A DNA stretch of 64,000 nt from Syntrophomonadaceae bacterium (GCA_007132095.1 SLPH01000015.1:221-64220), one strand, 5' to 3'; positions 36,877 to 47,880 are shown, counted from the first letter of the stretch. The notes: generated from the sequence alone by a model not told the origin. Made by a program: numbers and translations.

Positions 36877-38244
36877 TTGAATCCTGATTTCGAGAAGCTG
36901 CTGCGCTCCGTGGGGCCTATCGGAGCAGGGAAAAGCAGTTATATCATTACCATGGGCTGCCAGATGAACGAACATGATTCGGAAGTGATCGCGGCTATCG
37001 TTCAGGGTATGGGTTTCAACGAAGCCGAAAGCGCTGAAGAAGCAGATCTGATCATTATCAATACCTGCGCGGTCCGAAAAAAGCCTGAAGATAAAGTCGC
37101 TTCGCTGCTGGGTAAATATCTGGCCCTGAAAGAAGAAAAAAAAGAGCTGCTGATTGCAGTCGGCGGCTGCATGCCTCAGCAGCCTGAAGCTGCCGCTTAC
37201 CTGAAAAAAAGATTTCATCATGTCAACCTGATATTCGGCACCCATGCCCTGCCCAGGCTCCCGGCGCTGCTGCAGCAGTGCAGCAGCGGCAGGGGAACAG
37301 TTATTGCCATTGAGGAAGATTATCCTGATCGCGAAGGGCTGCCTGCGGTGCGCCGCAGCGATTTTCAGGCCTGGCTTCCGATCAGTTATGGCTGCAACAA
37401 CTTTTGCTCTTATTGCGTGGTTCCCCATGTACGGGGAAGGGAACGAAGCAGAACGCCTGAACAGGTAAGCGGCGAATTTGCCCGCTTAAAGCAGGCCGGT
37501 TACCTTGATATCACCCTGCTCGGCCAAAATGTTAACTCTTACGGGCACGATCTGCCAGATCGATCCTCTTTCGCTCTACTGCTCCGGACTTTGAATGAAG
37601 GGGCAGGCAAAACGAGGATCCGCTTTATGACCTCTCATCCAAAGGACCTGTCACGAGAACTGGTCCAAGCAGTTGCCGACTCCCATTCTTTATGCGAGCA
37701 TTTTCACCTTCCCGTTCAGTCGGGGAGTAACCGCATCCTGAAGCTTATGAATCGCCGCTATACGCGCGAACACTACCTGGAGCTAATCTCCATGATCAAA
37801 ACGCTGGTGCCAGGAGCGTCGATCACCACCGATTTAATTGTCGGTTTTCCCGGCGAAACCGAGGAAGATTTTAAGCAATCTTTAACCCTGGTTAAGGAAG
37901 CGCGTTTCGACAACGCTTTTTCGTTTATCTACTCACCCAGGAAAAATACTGCGGCGGCCGCCTTGGACGATTCACTCTCCAGGAGTGAAAAAGAAGCAAG
38001 GCTGACCCGTCTAAACAATCTCCAGCACAAAATAAGCAAGGAGATCAATGAATCGTTAAAAGGTTCACATTTAGAGGTGCTGGTAGAAGGACGCAGTAAG
38101 AGCGATCCTGCGATGCAGACAGGGCGGACCCGTACCAATAAGCTGGTTCATTTTGAAGCCGGGGAAGACCTTGGCGGTTCTTTTGTCACCCTGGAGATCA
38201 CGGAAGCGCGGACCTGGAGCCTGATCGGGGAGGTGAGAGCGTGA
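36877..38244 (+). CDS. miaB: tRNA-i6A37 methylthiotransferase MiaB
   Basis: Three motifs: the MTTase N-terminal Cys, the radical-SAM CNNFCSYC, and a TRAM C-terminus. It precedes mutS-mutL-miaA, as in many Firmicutes. Confidence 0.85.
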   Translation: MNPDFEKLLRSVGPIGAGKSSYIITMGCQMNEHDSEVIAAIVQGMGFNEAESAEEADLIIINTCAVRKKPEDKVASLLGKYLALKEEKKELLIAVGGCMPQQPEAAAYLKKRFHHVNLIFGTHALPRLPALLQQCSSGRGTVIAIEEDYPDREGLPAVRRSDFQAWLPISYGCNNFCSYCVVPHVRGRERSRTPEQVSGEFARLKQAGYLDITLLGQNVNSYGHDLPDRSSFALLLRTLNEGAGKTRIRFMTSHPKDLSRELVQAVADSHSLCEHFHLPVQSGSNRILKLMNRRYTREHYLELISMIKTLVPGASITTDLIVGFPGETEEDFKQSLTLVKEARFDNAFSFIYSPRKNTAAAALDDSLSRSEKEARLTRLNNLQHKISKEINESLKGSHLEVLVEGRSKSDPAMQTGRTRTNKLVHFEAGEDLGGSFVTLEITEARTWSLIGEVRA

Positions 38245-40865
38245 GCAAACCGAGTCCGATGATGGAACAATACCGATCCATTAAGGAGCAGCACCCCGAT
38301 AAACTGCTCTTCTTTCAGGTGGGTGATTTCTTCGAACTATTTTATGAAGATGCCAGGATTGCCGCCCGGGAAATGGACATTGCTTTAACTTCAAGGGGGA
38401 TGGATAGGGAAGAGCCGATCCCTCTTGCCGGTGTGCCTATTCATGCTGCTGAGACCTACCTGAACAAGCTATTGGCCAGGGGCCACAAAGTTGTCATCTG
38501 CGAGCAGGTTGAGGAATCTTCCCAGGCCAGGGGCCTGGTTAAAAGAGAGATAACCCGGATTCTTACCCCGGGGACAATTACAGACCCCCGATTGCTCGAA
38601 GAAAGCCGGAACAACTACCTGGCAGCGGTGGTTGCCCTGCCCGGTAACATTGTCGGACTGGCTGCTGTTGATGTGTCGACCGGAGATTTTAAGGCAACCG
38701 AAAAGCGGGGCGATGGAGCTGCTGAAAGCATTTTCGATGAACTTAACCGTCTCGCGCCATCAGAATGTATCTGCAGTTCGGAAGATCTTTCCCGCCTGGC
38801 CGGTACGCTTTTAAATACGCCTTCCGGCTGTTCGGTAGAGCAGATTAAACGCCTTCCCGGGCCGGAGGAATCCAAAGGGTTAATCAGTTCGCAATGGGGA
38901 GATAATATCTACGATGAGCTGGAACTGCAGCGCTATACAGGGGCAGCCCTGGCTGCTTCTTCCGCCCTGCAGTACCTGCAGCAGCTGCAGCACCCCCGGG
39001 GCATGAAGCATTTTCATCCACTGGAACTCTATTTTAGCGAAAAGCAGATGATTATTGATCCGGTAACGGCAAGGAACCTCGAGTTGACCCAGTCATACCT
39101 GGAAGGCACAAAAAAAGGCAGCCTGCTGCACCTGGTCGACCACTGCGTAACCGGTATGGGTAAACGCCTGCTGAGACGATGGCTTGAACAGCCCCTGCTG
39201 GACAGGAAGGCGATTGAAGAGCGTCACGAAGCAGTAGAAGAGCTGCTGCAAAAACCGCTGCAAAGAGACGAACTAAGGCGTTTTCTGCAGCAGATCATCG
39301 ATCTTGAGCGTTTTTCAGGTCGCCTTTCCTACCGCAGTGTCAATGCGCGCGACCTGGTCCACTTAAAAAATACGCTCTCCCAGGTTGGCCCGATTAAGAC
39401 CCTGAGCTCGAGTTTTAACTCCTCGCTGCTCCAGACCCTGGGCGCTGAGCTGCCCGCTTTTAAAGAACTGATTGATTTAATAGGTGCTGCCCTGGTTGAT
39501 GAACCCCCGCCCGGCTTAAAAGAGGGGGGCCTCATTCGCACCGGCTATAACAGCGAAGTGGACAACCTTAAAAAATTAGCCGGCGATGGAAGCGACATGC
39601 TGCTTCAACTGGAGCAGAAAGAGAAAGAACGGACGGGAATTAAATCGCTCCGGGTTGGCTACAACAGAAATTTTGGCTATTATTTTGAAATTACCAGGGC
39701 TAACCTTGAACTTGTGCCGGCAGAATACCAGCGCAGGCAAACCCTGGTTAACGCCGAGCGTTTTACCATGCCAGAATTGGAGGAGATGGAAAACAGGATC
39801 ACGGGGGCCAGGGATAAACTGATCCGTCTCGAATATAGCCTTTTTGAAGAGCTGCGGGAAAGAGCTGCCGCCTATATACCGGCAATCAGCGCCGCGGCGG
39901 ACAGCCTTGCCGGTATTGACTGTCTGCAGGGGTTCGCCGAAACTGCTGATAAATACAATTACTGCCGTCCCCGGATGGCCGATAACAATCTTTTCAGTCT
40001 CAAAGAAGCCCGCCACCCGGTTGTAGAAGCGCTGACGACGGAGAAATATGTTCCCAACGATATCTTCATGGATGAGAAGAGCTATATCCTGCTGATTACC
40101 GGTCCCAACATGGCCGGTAAGAGCACCTATATTCGCAGCGCAGCCCTGGCTTCCGCCCTGGCTCAGGCCGGGTCGTTCGTCCCGGCCGGCGAGGCGCAGC
40201 TGCCTATCCTGGATCGGATCTTTGCCCGTGTCGGGGCCGGGGATGATTTAAGCCGCGGTCACAGCACTTTCATGGTGGAAATGCAGGAAACGGCAGCTAT
40301 TTTATGTGAGGCGACAGATAAAAGCCTTGTTATCCTCGACGAAATAGGACGCGGTACAAGCACTTATGACGGTATGAGTATTGCCCGCAGCGTAATTGAA
40401 TATATAGGATCCCGGTTGAAAGCAAAAACGCTTTTCTCTACCCACTATCACGAGCTGACTAACCTTGAAGGCGATATTGCAGGTATAAAAAACTACACCA
40501 TGGCGGTGAAAGAGAAAGGGAAAAAGGTTATATTTCTCAGAAAAGTAGTGCCGGGTAAGGCAGATAAAAGCTACGGTATCAACGTTGCCCGGCTGGCCGG
40601 TATCCCCCTGGAAGTCTTGATCAGGGCCGAAGAAGTGCTGGCAGAGCTGGAATTGAAAGCATCAACTGCAGGCGAACGGCAGCTCTCCCTGCTGCCCCTT
40701 GTAAGCAAACCGCTGCCCGAGAAAGTGCTGGAACTGGAAATAGCGGCGGAACTTAAAGATCTTGATTTAAACCGGACTACCCCGATGGAAGCGATCCAAA
40801 AGCTGTTCGAACTGCAAAGCAGGCTTATCGAAGGGGAAAAGGGAGAGGAAGATGGGGATGATTAA
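38241..40865 (+). CDS. mutS: DNA mismatch repair protein MutS
   Basis: N-terminal TPMMEQY mismatch-binding domain, then Walker A GPNMAGKST and the ABC ATPase core. 874 aa. Confidence 0.9.
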   Translation: MSKPSPMMEQYRSIKEQHPDKLLFFQVGDFFELFYEDARIAAREMDIALTSRGMDREEPIPLAGVPIHAAETYLNKLLARGHKVVICEQVEESSQARGLVKREITRILTPGTITDPRLLEESRNNYLAAVVALPGNIVGLAAVDVSTGDFKATEKRGDGAAESIFDELNRLAPSECICSSEDLSRLAGTLLNTPSGCSVEQIKRLPGPEESKGLISSQWGDNIYDELELQRYTGAALAASSALQYLQQLQHPRGMKHFHPLELYFSEKQMIIDPVTARNLELTQSYLEGTKKGSLLHLVDHCVTGMGKRLLRRWLEQPLLDRKAIEERHEAVEELLQKPLQRDELRRFLQQIIDLERFSGRLSYRSVNARDLVHLKNTLSQVGPIKTLSSSFNSSLLQTLGAELPAFKELIDLIGAALVDEPPPGLKEGGLIRTGYNSEVDNLKKLAGDGSDMLLQLEQKEKERTGIKSLRVGYNRNFGYYFEITRANLELVPAEYQRRQTLVNAERFTMPELEEMENRITGARDKLIRLEYSLFEELRERAAAYIPAISAAADSLAGIDCLQGFAETADKYNYCRPRMADNNLFSLKEARHPVVEALTTEKYVPNDIFMDEKSYILLITGPNMAGKSTYIRSAALASALAQAGSFVPAGEAQLPILDRIFARVGAGDDLSRGHSTFMVEMQETAAILCEATDKSLVILDEIGRGTSTYDGMSIARSVIEYIGSRLKAKTLFSTHYHELTNLEGDIAGIKNYTMAVKEKGKKVIFLRKVVPGKADKSYGINVARLAGIPLEVLIRAEEVLAELELKASTAGERQLSLLPLVSKPLPEKVLELEIAAELKDLDLNRTTPMEAIQKLFELQSRLIEGEKGEEDGDD

Positions 40866-40868
40866 CTG

Positions 40869-42650
40869 ATGGCTATCAAGATATTGCAAAAACTGGTCGC
40901 CGAACAGATTGCCGCAGGCGAGGTAATCGAAAATCCTTCTTCCGTGGTGAAAGAACTGGTGGAAAACTCGCTTGACGCCGGGGCGGACAGGATTGAAGTA
41001 AGTATAGATTCAGGCGGCAAAGAGAAGATTTCCGTCGTCGATAACGGTACCGGGATCGTTCCGGAAGAAGTTCCCCTGGCCTTTCAGCGATTTGCCACCA
41101 GTAAGCTCGGTTCTATCACTGATCTCGACCGACTCTCAACGCTTGGCTTCCGGGGAGAAGCGCTGCCCAGCATTGCCGCGGTGGCCAGGGTGACGATGGT
41201 AACGCGCAGGGCTGAAGAAATCGCCGGCACCCGGCTGGTTATTGAAGGCAGCGAGGTCAAAGAAGTCGAAAGCGCCGGTTCGGCCACCGGTACTGCCGTT
41301 ACTGTGGAAGACCTGTTTTTCAATACACCGGGCAGGGAGAAGTTTTTAAGGGCTCATTCTGTTGAAACGGGGAGAGTTACATACCTCGTCACCAACTTCG
41401 CCCTGGCGAACCCTGCTGTTGCCTTTCGGCTCAACAACGGTCCGAAGAATATTTTTCATTCGCCGGGTGACGGAAACCTGCTGCATGCCTTTGCCGCTGT
41501 CCACGGAGCGGAGATGGCGGGATCGATGATCGAGCTGAAACGGCGCGATCCGCAGAGCGGGTGCGAGGTGGAAGGTTATATTTCCTCGCCTCACACCCAC
41601 CGGTCTTCAAGAAGATGGATTACCCTGATTGTTAACGGCCGGCTGGTCAAGGATGCCATGCTGCTTAATGCTCTCGAGCGAGGTTACAGCAGTCTTTTAC
41701 CTGGCAGGCGCTATCCCCTGGCTGTGTTGAAAATAACCGTTCCCCCGGACAGTATTGATGTAAATGTTCATCCGGCAAAAACAGAAATTCGCTTTCAGCG
41801 GCCGGAAGATATCAAAGAACTGCTCTATCGGGCTGCCAGGGCGACCCTGTCCGGTGACAGGATGATGCGCAGCTGGCCGGGGCAGAAAATCGATTTATCT
41901 TCAAGCCCTGATCAATCGCTTCAGCAGAAAGTTTTACCCGGGGAAAACCTGTTTTCCGGTTCCGGAAACGCCCGGGATCTGCCTGAAATTAAGCATTATG
42001 AGGCGGGGGAGGGGGAGAGGAGGAGCGACTGTCGCACAGGAAGTTTTATTGATGCAGTGCACGAAAACACGATCGATAATCAATACCGGTTAATCGGGCA
42101 ATATCTCCAAAGTTACCTGGTCGTGCAAAAAGGCGAGAACCTGCTCCTGATCGACCAACACGCCGCTCATGAAAGTGTTGTTTATCATCAGCTGCTGGCA
42201 GATCAAGAGCGGGGAAAGAGAGGGGTACAGCTCACTCTGCCCCTCGTTCTCGAACTGCCGGCAGCCTGGGTAACGCAGCTGGAGGTTTTGCTTCCCCATT
42301 TAAAGAGCGCCGGGTTTGATTTGGAACCTCTTGGAGAAAACAGCTTTACAGTGAGGGCTGTCCCCTACGGCGACCGGGAGAGCTTTAGCGCTGAAGCAGT
42401 GTATGATCTGCTTGATGAGCTGATTAATAGTGATGATCAGGAAGCTGACCGGGGAAAACATGTCTTAAAAACCGTTGCCTGCAAGCGTGCCGTAAAAGCG
42501 AAGCAGCTTCTTTCAAGGGAAGAGATGCAGCAATTGCTGGATGATTTTGCCGCATCACCGGCAGTGCGATACTGCCCGCACGGCCGGCCGTCGGTGATCA
42601 GTTTTGAGCGCGCAAGCCTGGAAAAAAGTTTCGATCGCAAAGGACATTAA
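40869..42650 (+). CDS. mutL: DNA mismatch repair protein MutL
   Basis: GHKL ATPase N-terminus (VVKELVENSLDAGA, DNGTGI), and a C-terminal endonuclease region with a CPHGRP motif. Confidence 0.9.
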   Translation: MAIKILQKLVAEQIAAGEVIENPSSVVKELVENSLDAGADRIEVSIDSGGKEKISVVDNGTGIVPEEVPLAFQRFATSKLGSITDLDRLSTLGFRGEALPSIAAVARVTMVTRRAEEIAGTRLVIEGSEVKEVESAGSATGTAVTVEDLFFNTPGREKFLRAHSVETGRVTYLVTNFALANPAVAFRLNNGPKNIFHSPGDGNLLHAFAAVHGAEMAGSMIELKRRDPQSGCEVEGYISSPHTHRSSRRWITLIVNGRLVKDAMLLNALERGYSSLLPGRRYPLAVLKITVPPDSIDVNVHPAKTEIRFQRPEDIKELLYRAARATLSGDRMMRSWPGQKIDLSSSPDQSLQQKVLPGENLFSGSGNARDLPEIKHYEAGEGERRSDCRTGSFIDAVHENTIDNQYRLIGQYLQSYLVVQKGENLLLIDQHAAHESVVYHQLLADQERGKRGVQLTLPLVLELPAAWVTQLEVLLPHLKSAGFDLEPLGENSFTVRAVPYGDRESFSAEAVYDLLDELINSDDQEADRGKHVLKTVACKRAVKAKQLLSREEMQQLLDDFAASPAVRYCPHGRPSVISFERASLEKSFDRKGH

Positions 42651-42654
42651 GCCA

Positions 42655-43617
42655 ATGGAGAGGTTAAATGGAGACGGTCCCTTAAAGATACCGGTGCTTG
42701 TCCTGGCCGGGCCGACGGCTTCGGGGAAAACCGCGCTGGCCATGGAAGTAGCTTTGCGCCTGGGCACAGAGATAATCAGCGCCGATTCAGCCCAGGTTTA
42801 TCGGCGCCTGAATATAGGTACGGCAAAACCGACCCCCCTGGAGCAGGCCCGGGTTGCCCACCACCTGGTAGATTTGATTGAACCGGACCGGGAGTATAGT
42901 GTGGCCGAATATCAAACGGCGGCTTTTAAAATGATTACTGATTTTTATCAAAGCGGACGGATTCCCTTCATGGTGGGAGGAACAGGCCTGTATATAAAGG
43001 CTGTTCTGGACAATTACGCTTTTGGAGAAAAAGGCGGTAATGAAGAATTACGGCGGGAACTGGCTGATTTTGCAGCTTCCCGGGGCCTGCCTGCGCTTTA
43101 TCAAAAACTGCAAAAGGACGACCCCCTTGCCGCTGCGGCAATTCACCCAAACGACGAACGTCGAATTATCAGGGCCATGGAGGTTAAGATCCTTGAAGGC
43201 CGCCCTATATCGGATCAGGTCAGGCGTACAGAAGCGAGAAGCTCTCCCTATGATCCGCTATTCTTCTGCCTGAGCATGGATAGGCAGCAGTTATACGGCA
43301 GGATAGAAGAGCGGGCAGACCTGATGATTAAAGCCGGCCTGCTTGAAGAGACAAAAAAACTTTTGGGCAGCGGTTTCAAGCCCGAAGATCCCGGTTTGCA
43401 GGTAATCGGTTACCGGCAGATGGCCGCTTTTTTAACCGGCCGGTGCAGTTTTCCCGATGCCCTGGCGGATATGAAAAAGCAAACCCGTAATTACGCCAAG
43501 CGGCAGATGACCTGGTTCAAAAGGGACGGGCGTATCCGCTGGTTAAGTAAGGAAGAGCATAGTTTTAAGCAGATGGTAGAAATTATTTGCACCGCAGTGA
43601 AGGAACTTGGCTGTTAA
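42655..43617 (+). CDS. miaA: tRNA dimethylallyltransferase MiaA
   Basis: P-loop LAGPTASGKTALA, DSAQVYRRLNIGTAKP. I chose the first in-frame ATG after the mutL stop. Confidence 0.85.
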   Translation: MERLNGDGPLKIPVLVLAGPTASGKTALAMEVALRLGTEIISADSAQVYRRLNIGTAKPTPLEQARVAHHLVDLIEPDREYSVAEYQTAAFKMITDFYQSGRIPFMVGGTGLYIKAVLDNYAFGEKGGNEELRRELADFAASRGLPALYQKLQKDDPLAAAAIHPNDERRIIRAMEVKILEGRPISDQVRRTEARSSPYDPLFFCLSMDRQQLYGRIEERADLMIKAGLLEETKKLLGSGFKPEDPGLQVIGYRQMAAFLTGRCSFPDALADMKKQTRNYAKRQMTWFKRDGRIRWLSKEEHSFKQMVEIICTAVKELGC

Positions 43618-43671
43618 CGGGCGAATTATAAGACAGTTGGCACTATAGATAGAAAAGAAGGGAGCCCAATA

Positions 43672-43926
43672 ATGAAAGGCGCAATAAACCTGCAAGATGC
43701 TTTTTTAAACCAGGTCCGCAAAGAAAATATGCTAATGACTGTTTTTCTGATCAACGGCTACCAGATAAAAGGGGTTGTTCGCAGCTTTGATAATTTTACG
43801 ATCATGCTCGAGGTAGAAGGAAAACAGCAGTTAGTTTACAAGCATGCTGTTTCAACTATTATCCCGGTAAGAAACGTTAACCTGAAAAACAGCAACGAGG
43901 ACAGCAGCGGCGAGGATAACGAGTAA
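43672..43926 (+). CDS. hfq: RNA chaperone Hfq
   Basis: Sm1/Sm2 motifs ([30 protein letters not shown]). 84 aa. Confidence 0.9.
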   Translation: MKGAINLQDAFLNQVRKENMLMTVFLINGYQIKGVVRSFDNFTIMLEVEGKQQLVYKHAVSTIIPVRNVNLKNSNEDSSGEDNE

Positions 43927-43968
43927 GGAATAGCCAGACTGAACTTAGAGAAGATTAATCATTTAGAA

Positions 43969-43999
43969 GAGGCGCTGAAGGATAGGCGCCTCGTTTACT
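43969..43999 (+). terminator. Probable terminator after hfq
   Basis: 7-bp stem gaggcgc / gcgcctc with a 10-nt loop, followed by GTTTACT. The U-tract is weak. Confidence 0.4.
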
Positions 44000-44030
44000 A
44001 AGAACCGATGCGAAAGGGGTATAATAATTA

Positions 44031-45278
44031 TTGGCTGAAAAAGCGGTGCTTGTAGCCCTCGATCGAGACAAACCGGACAGCAGCATTGAACGCAGCATGG
44101 ATGAACTCTCTCTGCTCGCCCTGACCGCGGGTGCAGAAGTAGTTGATACCATGATCCAGAAAAGATCTGCTCCCGATGCCGCCTATTATATCGGTAAAGG
44201 GAAAGCGGAAGAACTGAAAGCAGTTGTCGACTATTTTGATGCTGAACTGGTCATATTCAATGATGAACTCTCTCCATCCCAGGTTCGCAATTTAGACCGG
44301 ATCCTGGGCGTAAAAACGATCGACAGAACCGCCTTAATCCTGGATATATTCGCCCGCCGCGCTATTTCCAGGGACGGTAAGCTGCAGGTTGAACTGGCCC
44401 AGATGCAGTACTTGCTGCCGCGCCTGATCGGCCTGGGACAGCAGTTGTCGCGTTTAGGAGGCGGTATCGGAACCAGGGGACCGGGAGAAACTCAGCTTGA
44501 AATTGACCGACGGGTAATCCGGAAGCGGATCAGTGATTTGAAAAAAGAGATCATCCAGCTTCGAAAGCACCGTCTGCAGCATCGTAAGCGCCGGGCAAAA
44601 AACCGCTGCACCGTGGTCAGCCTGGTTGGCTATACCAATGCGGGAAAATCAACCCTGCTCAATGCGCTTACCGGGGCAAACTTATATACTGAAGACAAGC
44701 TTTTTGCCACCCTTGACCCCTCGGTAAGAAGGGGCAAGGTAGACCATGAAAGGGAAGTGCTCTATACCGACACTGTAGGTTTTATCGAAGAACTGCCCCG
44801 TCAGCTGGTTACCGCTTTCAGGGCTACTTTGGAAGAAATTGCTGCTGCCGATATACTTTTACATGTTGTCGATATCAGCCATCCGCATTGGATGAAGCAG
44901 ATCAGCATTGTTCGCGAACATCTCTCGCACATTGATCCTGATTTTCACCAGCGCGAACTGATGGTTTTTAATAAAATTGATTTGCTCGAAGATGAATCCC
45001 TTGCAGCTTACCTGAAGCGGGAATTTCCCGGGGCCTGTTTTATTTCAGCCCTGGCGAAAGCTAACCTGGAAAATTTAAAAGAATCTATAATTAAGCGCAT
45101 GGACCTGGAAAAACACCGCCTGGAATTAAAACTGCCCTACAGCGAGGGCAGGTTACTGGCGGCGATAAAAGCGGAAGGTGACATATTCAGGATCGATTAC
45201 CGGGAAGATTATATCGAGGTCGACGCAGAAGTCAGTTCCAGCCTCGCGGGAAGGCTGGAAAAATATATGGCCGGTTAA
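44031..45278 (+). CDS. hflX: GTPase HflX
   Basis: HflX N-domain, then G-domain motifs GYTNAGKST and DTVGF. TTG start. Confidence 0.85.
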   Translation: MAEKAVLVALDRDKPDSSIERSMDELSLLALTAGAEVVDTMIQKRSAPDAAYYIGKGKAEELKAVVDYFDAELVIFNDELSPSQVRNLDRILGVKTIDRTALILDIFARRAISRDGKLQVELAQMQYLLPRLIGLGQQLSRLGGGIGTRGPGETQLEIDRRVIRKRISDLKKEIIQLRKHRLQHRKRRAKNRCTVVSLVGYTNAGKSTLLNALTGANLYTEDKLFATLDPSVRRGKVDHEREVLYTDTVGFIEELPRQLVTAFRATLEEIAAADILLHVVDISHPHWMKQISIVREHLSHIDPDFHQRELMVFNKIDLLEDESLAAYLKREFPGACFISALAKANLENLKESIIKRMDLEKHRLELKLPYSEGRLLAAIKAEGDIFRIDYREDYIEVDAEVSSSLAGRLEKYMAG

Positions 45279-45299
45279 GGGGATAATCCTTCCGGCAGA

Positions 45300-45911
45300 C
45301 TAATAGATGTGGCGGTAGAGTCCCGCTACCCTGCCCAGAATTTCAGCTTCTTCGGTAATGATCGGTTCGTAGGCATCGTTTTCCGGAAGCAATTTCACGG
45401 TTTTACCTTCCCGGTAAAACCGTTTCACTGTCGCCTCTTCACCCAGCAGGGCCGCTACGATATCGCCGTTTTCGGCAGACTTCTGCTGCTTCACAATCAC
45501 GTAATCGCCATCAAGAATGCCGGCCCCGATCATGCTGTCGCCGCTAACCTTTAAGACAAAGCAATCCTCCCCGGCTGTAATCTCGAGCGGGATGGGGAAA
45601 AAGCCTTCCAGGTTTTCTTCGGCTAAAATAGGGGCCCCGGCGGTAATTCTGCCGATAAGGGGGGCGTAACCGCATTTCTTGGTAGGTTGTCCGGAAGAGT
45701 CCCTGATAATTTCAATCGCCCGCGGCATTGTACGCATGCGGGATATATAGCCCTTCTTTTCCAGGGCATCAAGGTGATGGTGGACCGTTGCTGTGGATTT
45801 TATACCGAGCGCTTTACAAATTTCCCTGACAGAAGGAGGATAATTACAGCGTTCAACTTCCTTTTCTATATAATCGAGGATTTGTTTATGCTTATCGCTC
45901 AGAGGATCCAT
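45300..45911 (-). CDS. lexA: SOS repressor LexA
   Basis: N-terminal wHTH, then a C-terminal S24 peptidase with the Ala-Gly cleavage site and a Ser...Lys dyad (GDSMIGAGI ... VKQQKSAENG). 203 aa. Confidence 0.9.
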   Translation of the reverse strand: MDPLSDKHKQILDYIEKEVERCNYPPSVREICKALGIKSTATVHHHLDALEKKGYISRMRTMPRAIEIIRDSSGQPTKKCGYAPLIGRITAGAPILAEENLEGFFPIPLEITAGEDCFVLKVSGDSMIGAGILDGDYVIVKQQKSAENGDIVAALLGEEATVKRFYREGKTVKLLPENDAYEPIITEEAEILGRVAGLYRHIY

Positions 45912-46002
45912 CCTAAATCACCCTTTTCATTAAAAAGTATAAGAGAAGCAGTTTGGTGGGTCCGACGGTTCAATTAGTATATCACGAATTTTAGCCTATA
46001 TC

Positions 46003-46014
46003 AAACAATTGTTC
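46003..46014. promoter_or_regulatory. Cheo-like LexA box in the lexA promoter region
   Basis: aaacaattgttc matches GAAC-N4-GTTC with one mismatch. It lies ~90 nt upstream of the lexA start, consistent with autoregulation. Confidence 0.4.
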
Positions 46015-46019
46015 TCTAA

Positions 46020-47561
46020 TCAGGAACCATTAATCCGGACAAGCTTGTTAAGCCCGTTAAGGTAAGCCTTGACGCTGGCCTCAATGATATCAGTGCTTAC
46101 ACCCCTGCCGGTTATGGTGCGATCCTGGTAGGACATTTCAACTTTGACTTCACCGAGAGCATCGCGCCCCTGGGTAACGGCATCTATTTTATACTTATTC
46201 AGGCTGATAAAGAGACCGGTGATCTTGTTAACAGCGTTATAGGCAGCATCAATCGGCCCGGATCCGGTAGCCACTTCTTCAATCAGCGTACCGTCTTCTT
46301 TCTTCAGGCGAACAATGGCAGCCGGCACGCTCATGGTTCCGCTGATCGTCTGCAAAAAGTCAAGTTTATAGCGCGGTTCTGAAGTTGTGAGGTGATCAAG
46401 AACCAGCGCTTCAAGATCTTCCGGGTAAACCTCTTTCTTTTTATCGGCAAGTTCGACAAAATGTTTATAGATCGTTTTCAGCTGGCTGTCATCGAGCGAA
46501 AAGCCGATTTTCTTCAAGGCATCTAATACGGCATGCCGCCCCGAACGGGCCGTCAGGCACATCTTGGCCGCCTGGCCGCCTACCAGGGCGGCGTCGATTA
46601 TTTCATATGTTTCTTTTTTCTTCAGCACCCCGTCCTGGTGGATGCCGGAGGAGTGGGCAAACGCGTTTGAACCAACGACAGCTTTATTGACCGGAACCGA
46701 AATGCCGGTCAGTTTGCTGACCAGCCTGCTGGTGCGGTATATTTCCGGAAAATTAATATCCGTGTGGTAGGGGAAATGATTGCCCCGGATCCTGAGGGCG
46801 ACGGCGATCTCTTCCAGGGCAGCATTACCGGCTCTTTCCCCGATACCATTAATATTGCATTCGATCTGGCGGGCCCCGTTTTTCACCGCCTCAAGGGAAT
46901 TGGCTACGGCAAGGCCGAGATCGTTATGACAGTGAACGCTGATAACCACTTTGTCTATGCCCTTTACATTTTCCCGCAGTCTTCTAATCAGGGCCCCAAA
47001 TTCTTCAGGAACGGCATAGCCAACCGTGTCGGGAATGTTGAGTGTGGTAGCGCCGGCCTTGATTACAGCTTCAAGGAGCCTGTACAGGTATTCTTCACGC
47101 GCCCTTGTAGCGTCCTCGGGAGAGTATTCAATGTCGTCGGTAAAGCGCTTCGCATACCTGACGGCGGCAACTGCCTGTTCCATAAGCGCTTCCGGGCTCT
47201 TTTTCAGCTTGTGTTCCATATGGATATCAGACGCGGCCAGAAAAACGTGGAGACGGCTTCTTTCGGCGTCTTTAATCGCTTCCCAGGCTGCGTCTATGTC
47301 TTCCTGGACTGTGCGGGCCAATCCGCAGATAACAGGACCTTTCACTTCTCTTGCTATGGACTGAACCGCTTTTAACTCACCCGGCGAGGAAATAGGGAAC
47401 CCCGCCTCGATAACATCTACCCCGAGGCGGGCCAGCTGTCTTGCCACCTCTAATTTTTCATCGTGGTTGAGCCGTGCCCCCGGAGTTTGCTCGCCGTCGC
47501 GCAGGGTGCTGTCAAAGAGATAAATCTTTTCCGAACCTGTCTTTTCCATTGTCTTTTCCAT
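46020..47561 (-). CDS. leuA: 2-isopropylmalate synthase (long form with C-terminal regulatory domain)
   Basis: LFDSTLRDGEQTPG and HCHNDLGLAVANSLEAV, 513 aa with the LeuA dimerisation/regulatory C-terminus. The start may be the internal MEKTGSEK. Confidence 0.85.
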   Translation of the reverse strand: MEKTMEKTGSEKIYLFDSTLRDGEQTPGARLNHDEKLEVARQLARLGVDVIEAGFPISSPGELKAVQSIAREVKGPVICGLARTVQEDIDAAWEAIKDAERSRLHVFLAASDIHMEHKLKKSPEALMEQAVAAVRYAKRFTDDIEYSPEDATRAREEYLYRLLEAVIKAGATTLNIPDTVGYAVPEEFGALIRRLRENVKGIDKVVISVHCHNDLGLAVANSLEAVKNGARQIECNINGIGERAGNAALEEIAVALRIRGNHFPYHTDINFPEIYRTSRLVSKLTGISVPVNKAVVGSNAFAHSSGIHQDGVLKKKETYEIIDAALVGGQAAKMCLTARSGRHAVLDALKKIGFSLDDSQLKTIYKHFVELADKKKEVYPEDLEALVLDHLTTSEPRYKLDFLQTISGTMSVPAAIVRLKKEDGTLIEEVATGSGPIDAAYNAVNKITGLFISLNKYKIDAVTQGRDALGEVKVEMSYQDRTITGRGVSTDIIEASVKAYLNGLNKLVRINGS

Positions 47562-47607
47562 TTATAATACCCCCGTGTCGATTTTTTGGGAGTGGGGAAG
47601 AGGGCAT

Positions 47608-47880
47608 AAAAAAAACGCCTCCAAGAGACGAAAATTATGCTTTCCGTGATACCACTCTTCTTGGCAGCATGACGTCTACCGCCCACTCTTTATGATAACG
47701 GAAGTCTCCGGCCAGCCCTACTTGCGAAGTGGAAAGGTGTTGCCTTTCCTGCTTTCAGGTGGCGGCTCCCGGAGGAGTTCGCCGGCTTTTTCATACCGTT
47801 TTGCACCTGCCAACGGTTCTCTGAAAATGAATGGGCCGATTACTGGTTCCGGTCATCGCCTTTTCAATATTAAACTGATA
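47608..47880 (-). promoter_or_regulatory. Candidate T-box leader (leucine-specific) upstream of leuA
   Basis: Read on the minus strand. A stem-loop ggcg-AACUCCUCCGGGAG-ccgcc exposes a CUC leucine codon. A T-box-like AGAGUGGUAUCACGG sits immediately 5' of a terminator hairpin CGUCUC-UUG-GAGGCG followed by U8. The leader is about 315 nt. Confidence 0.45.
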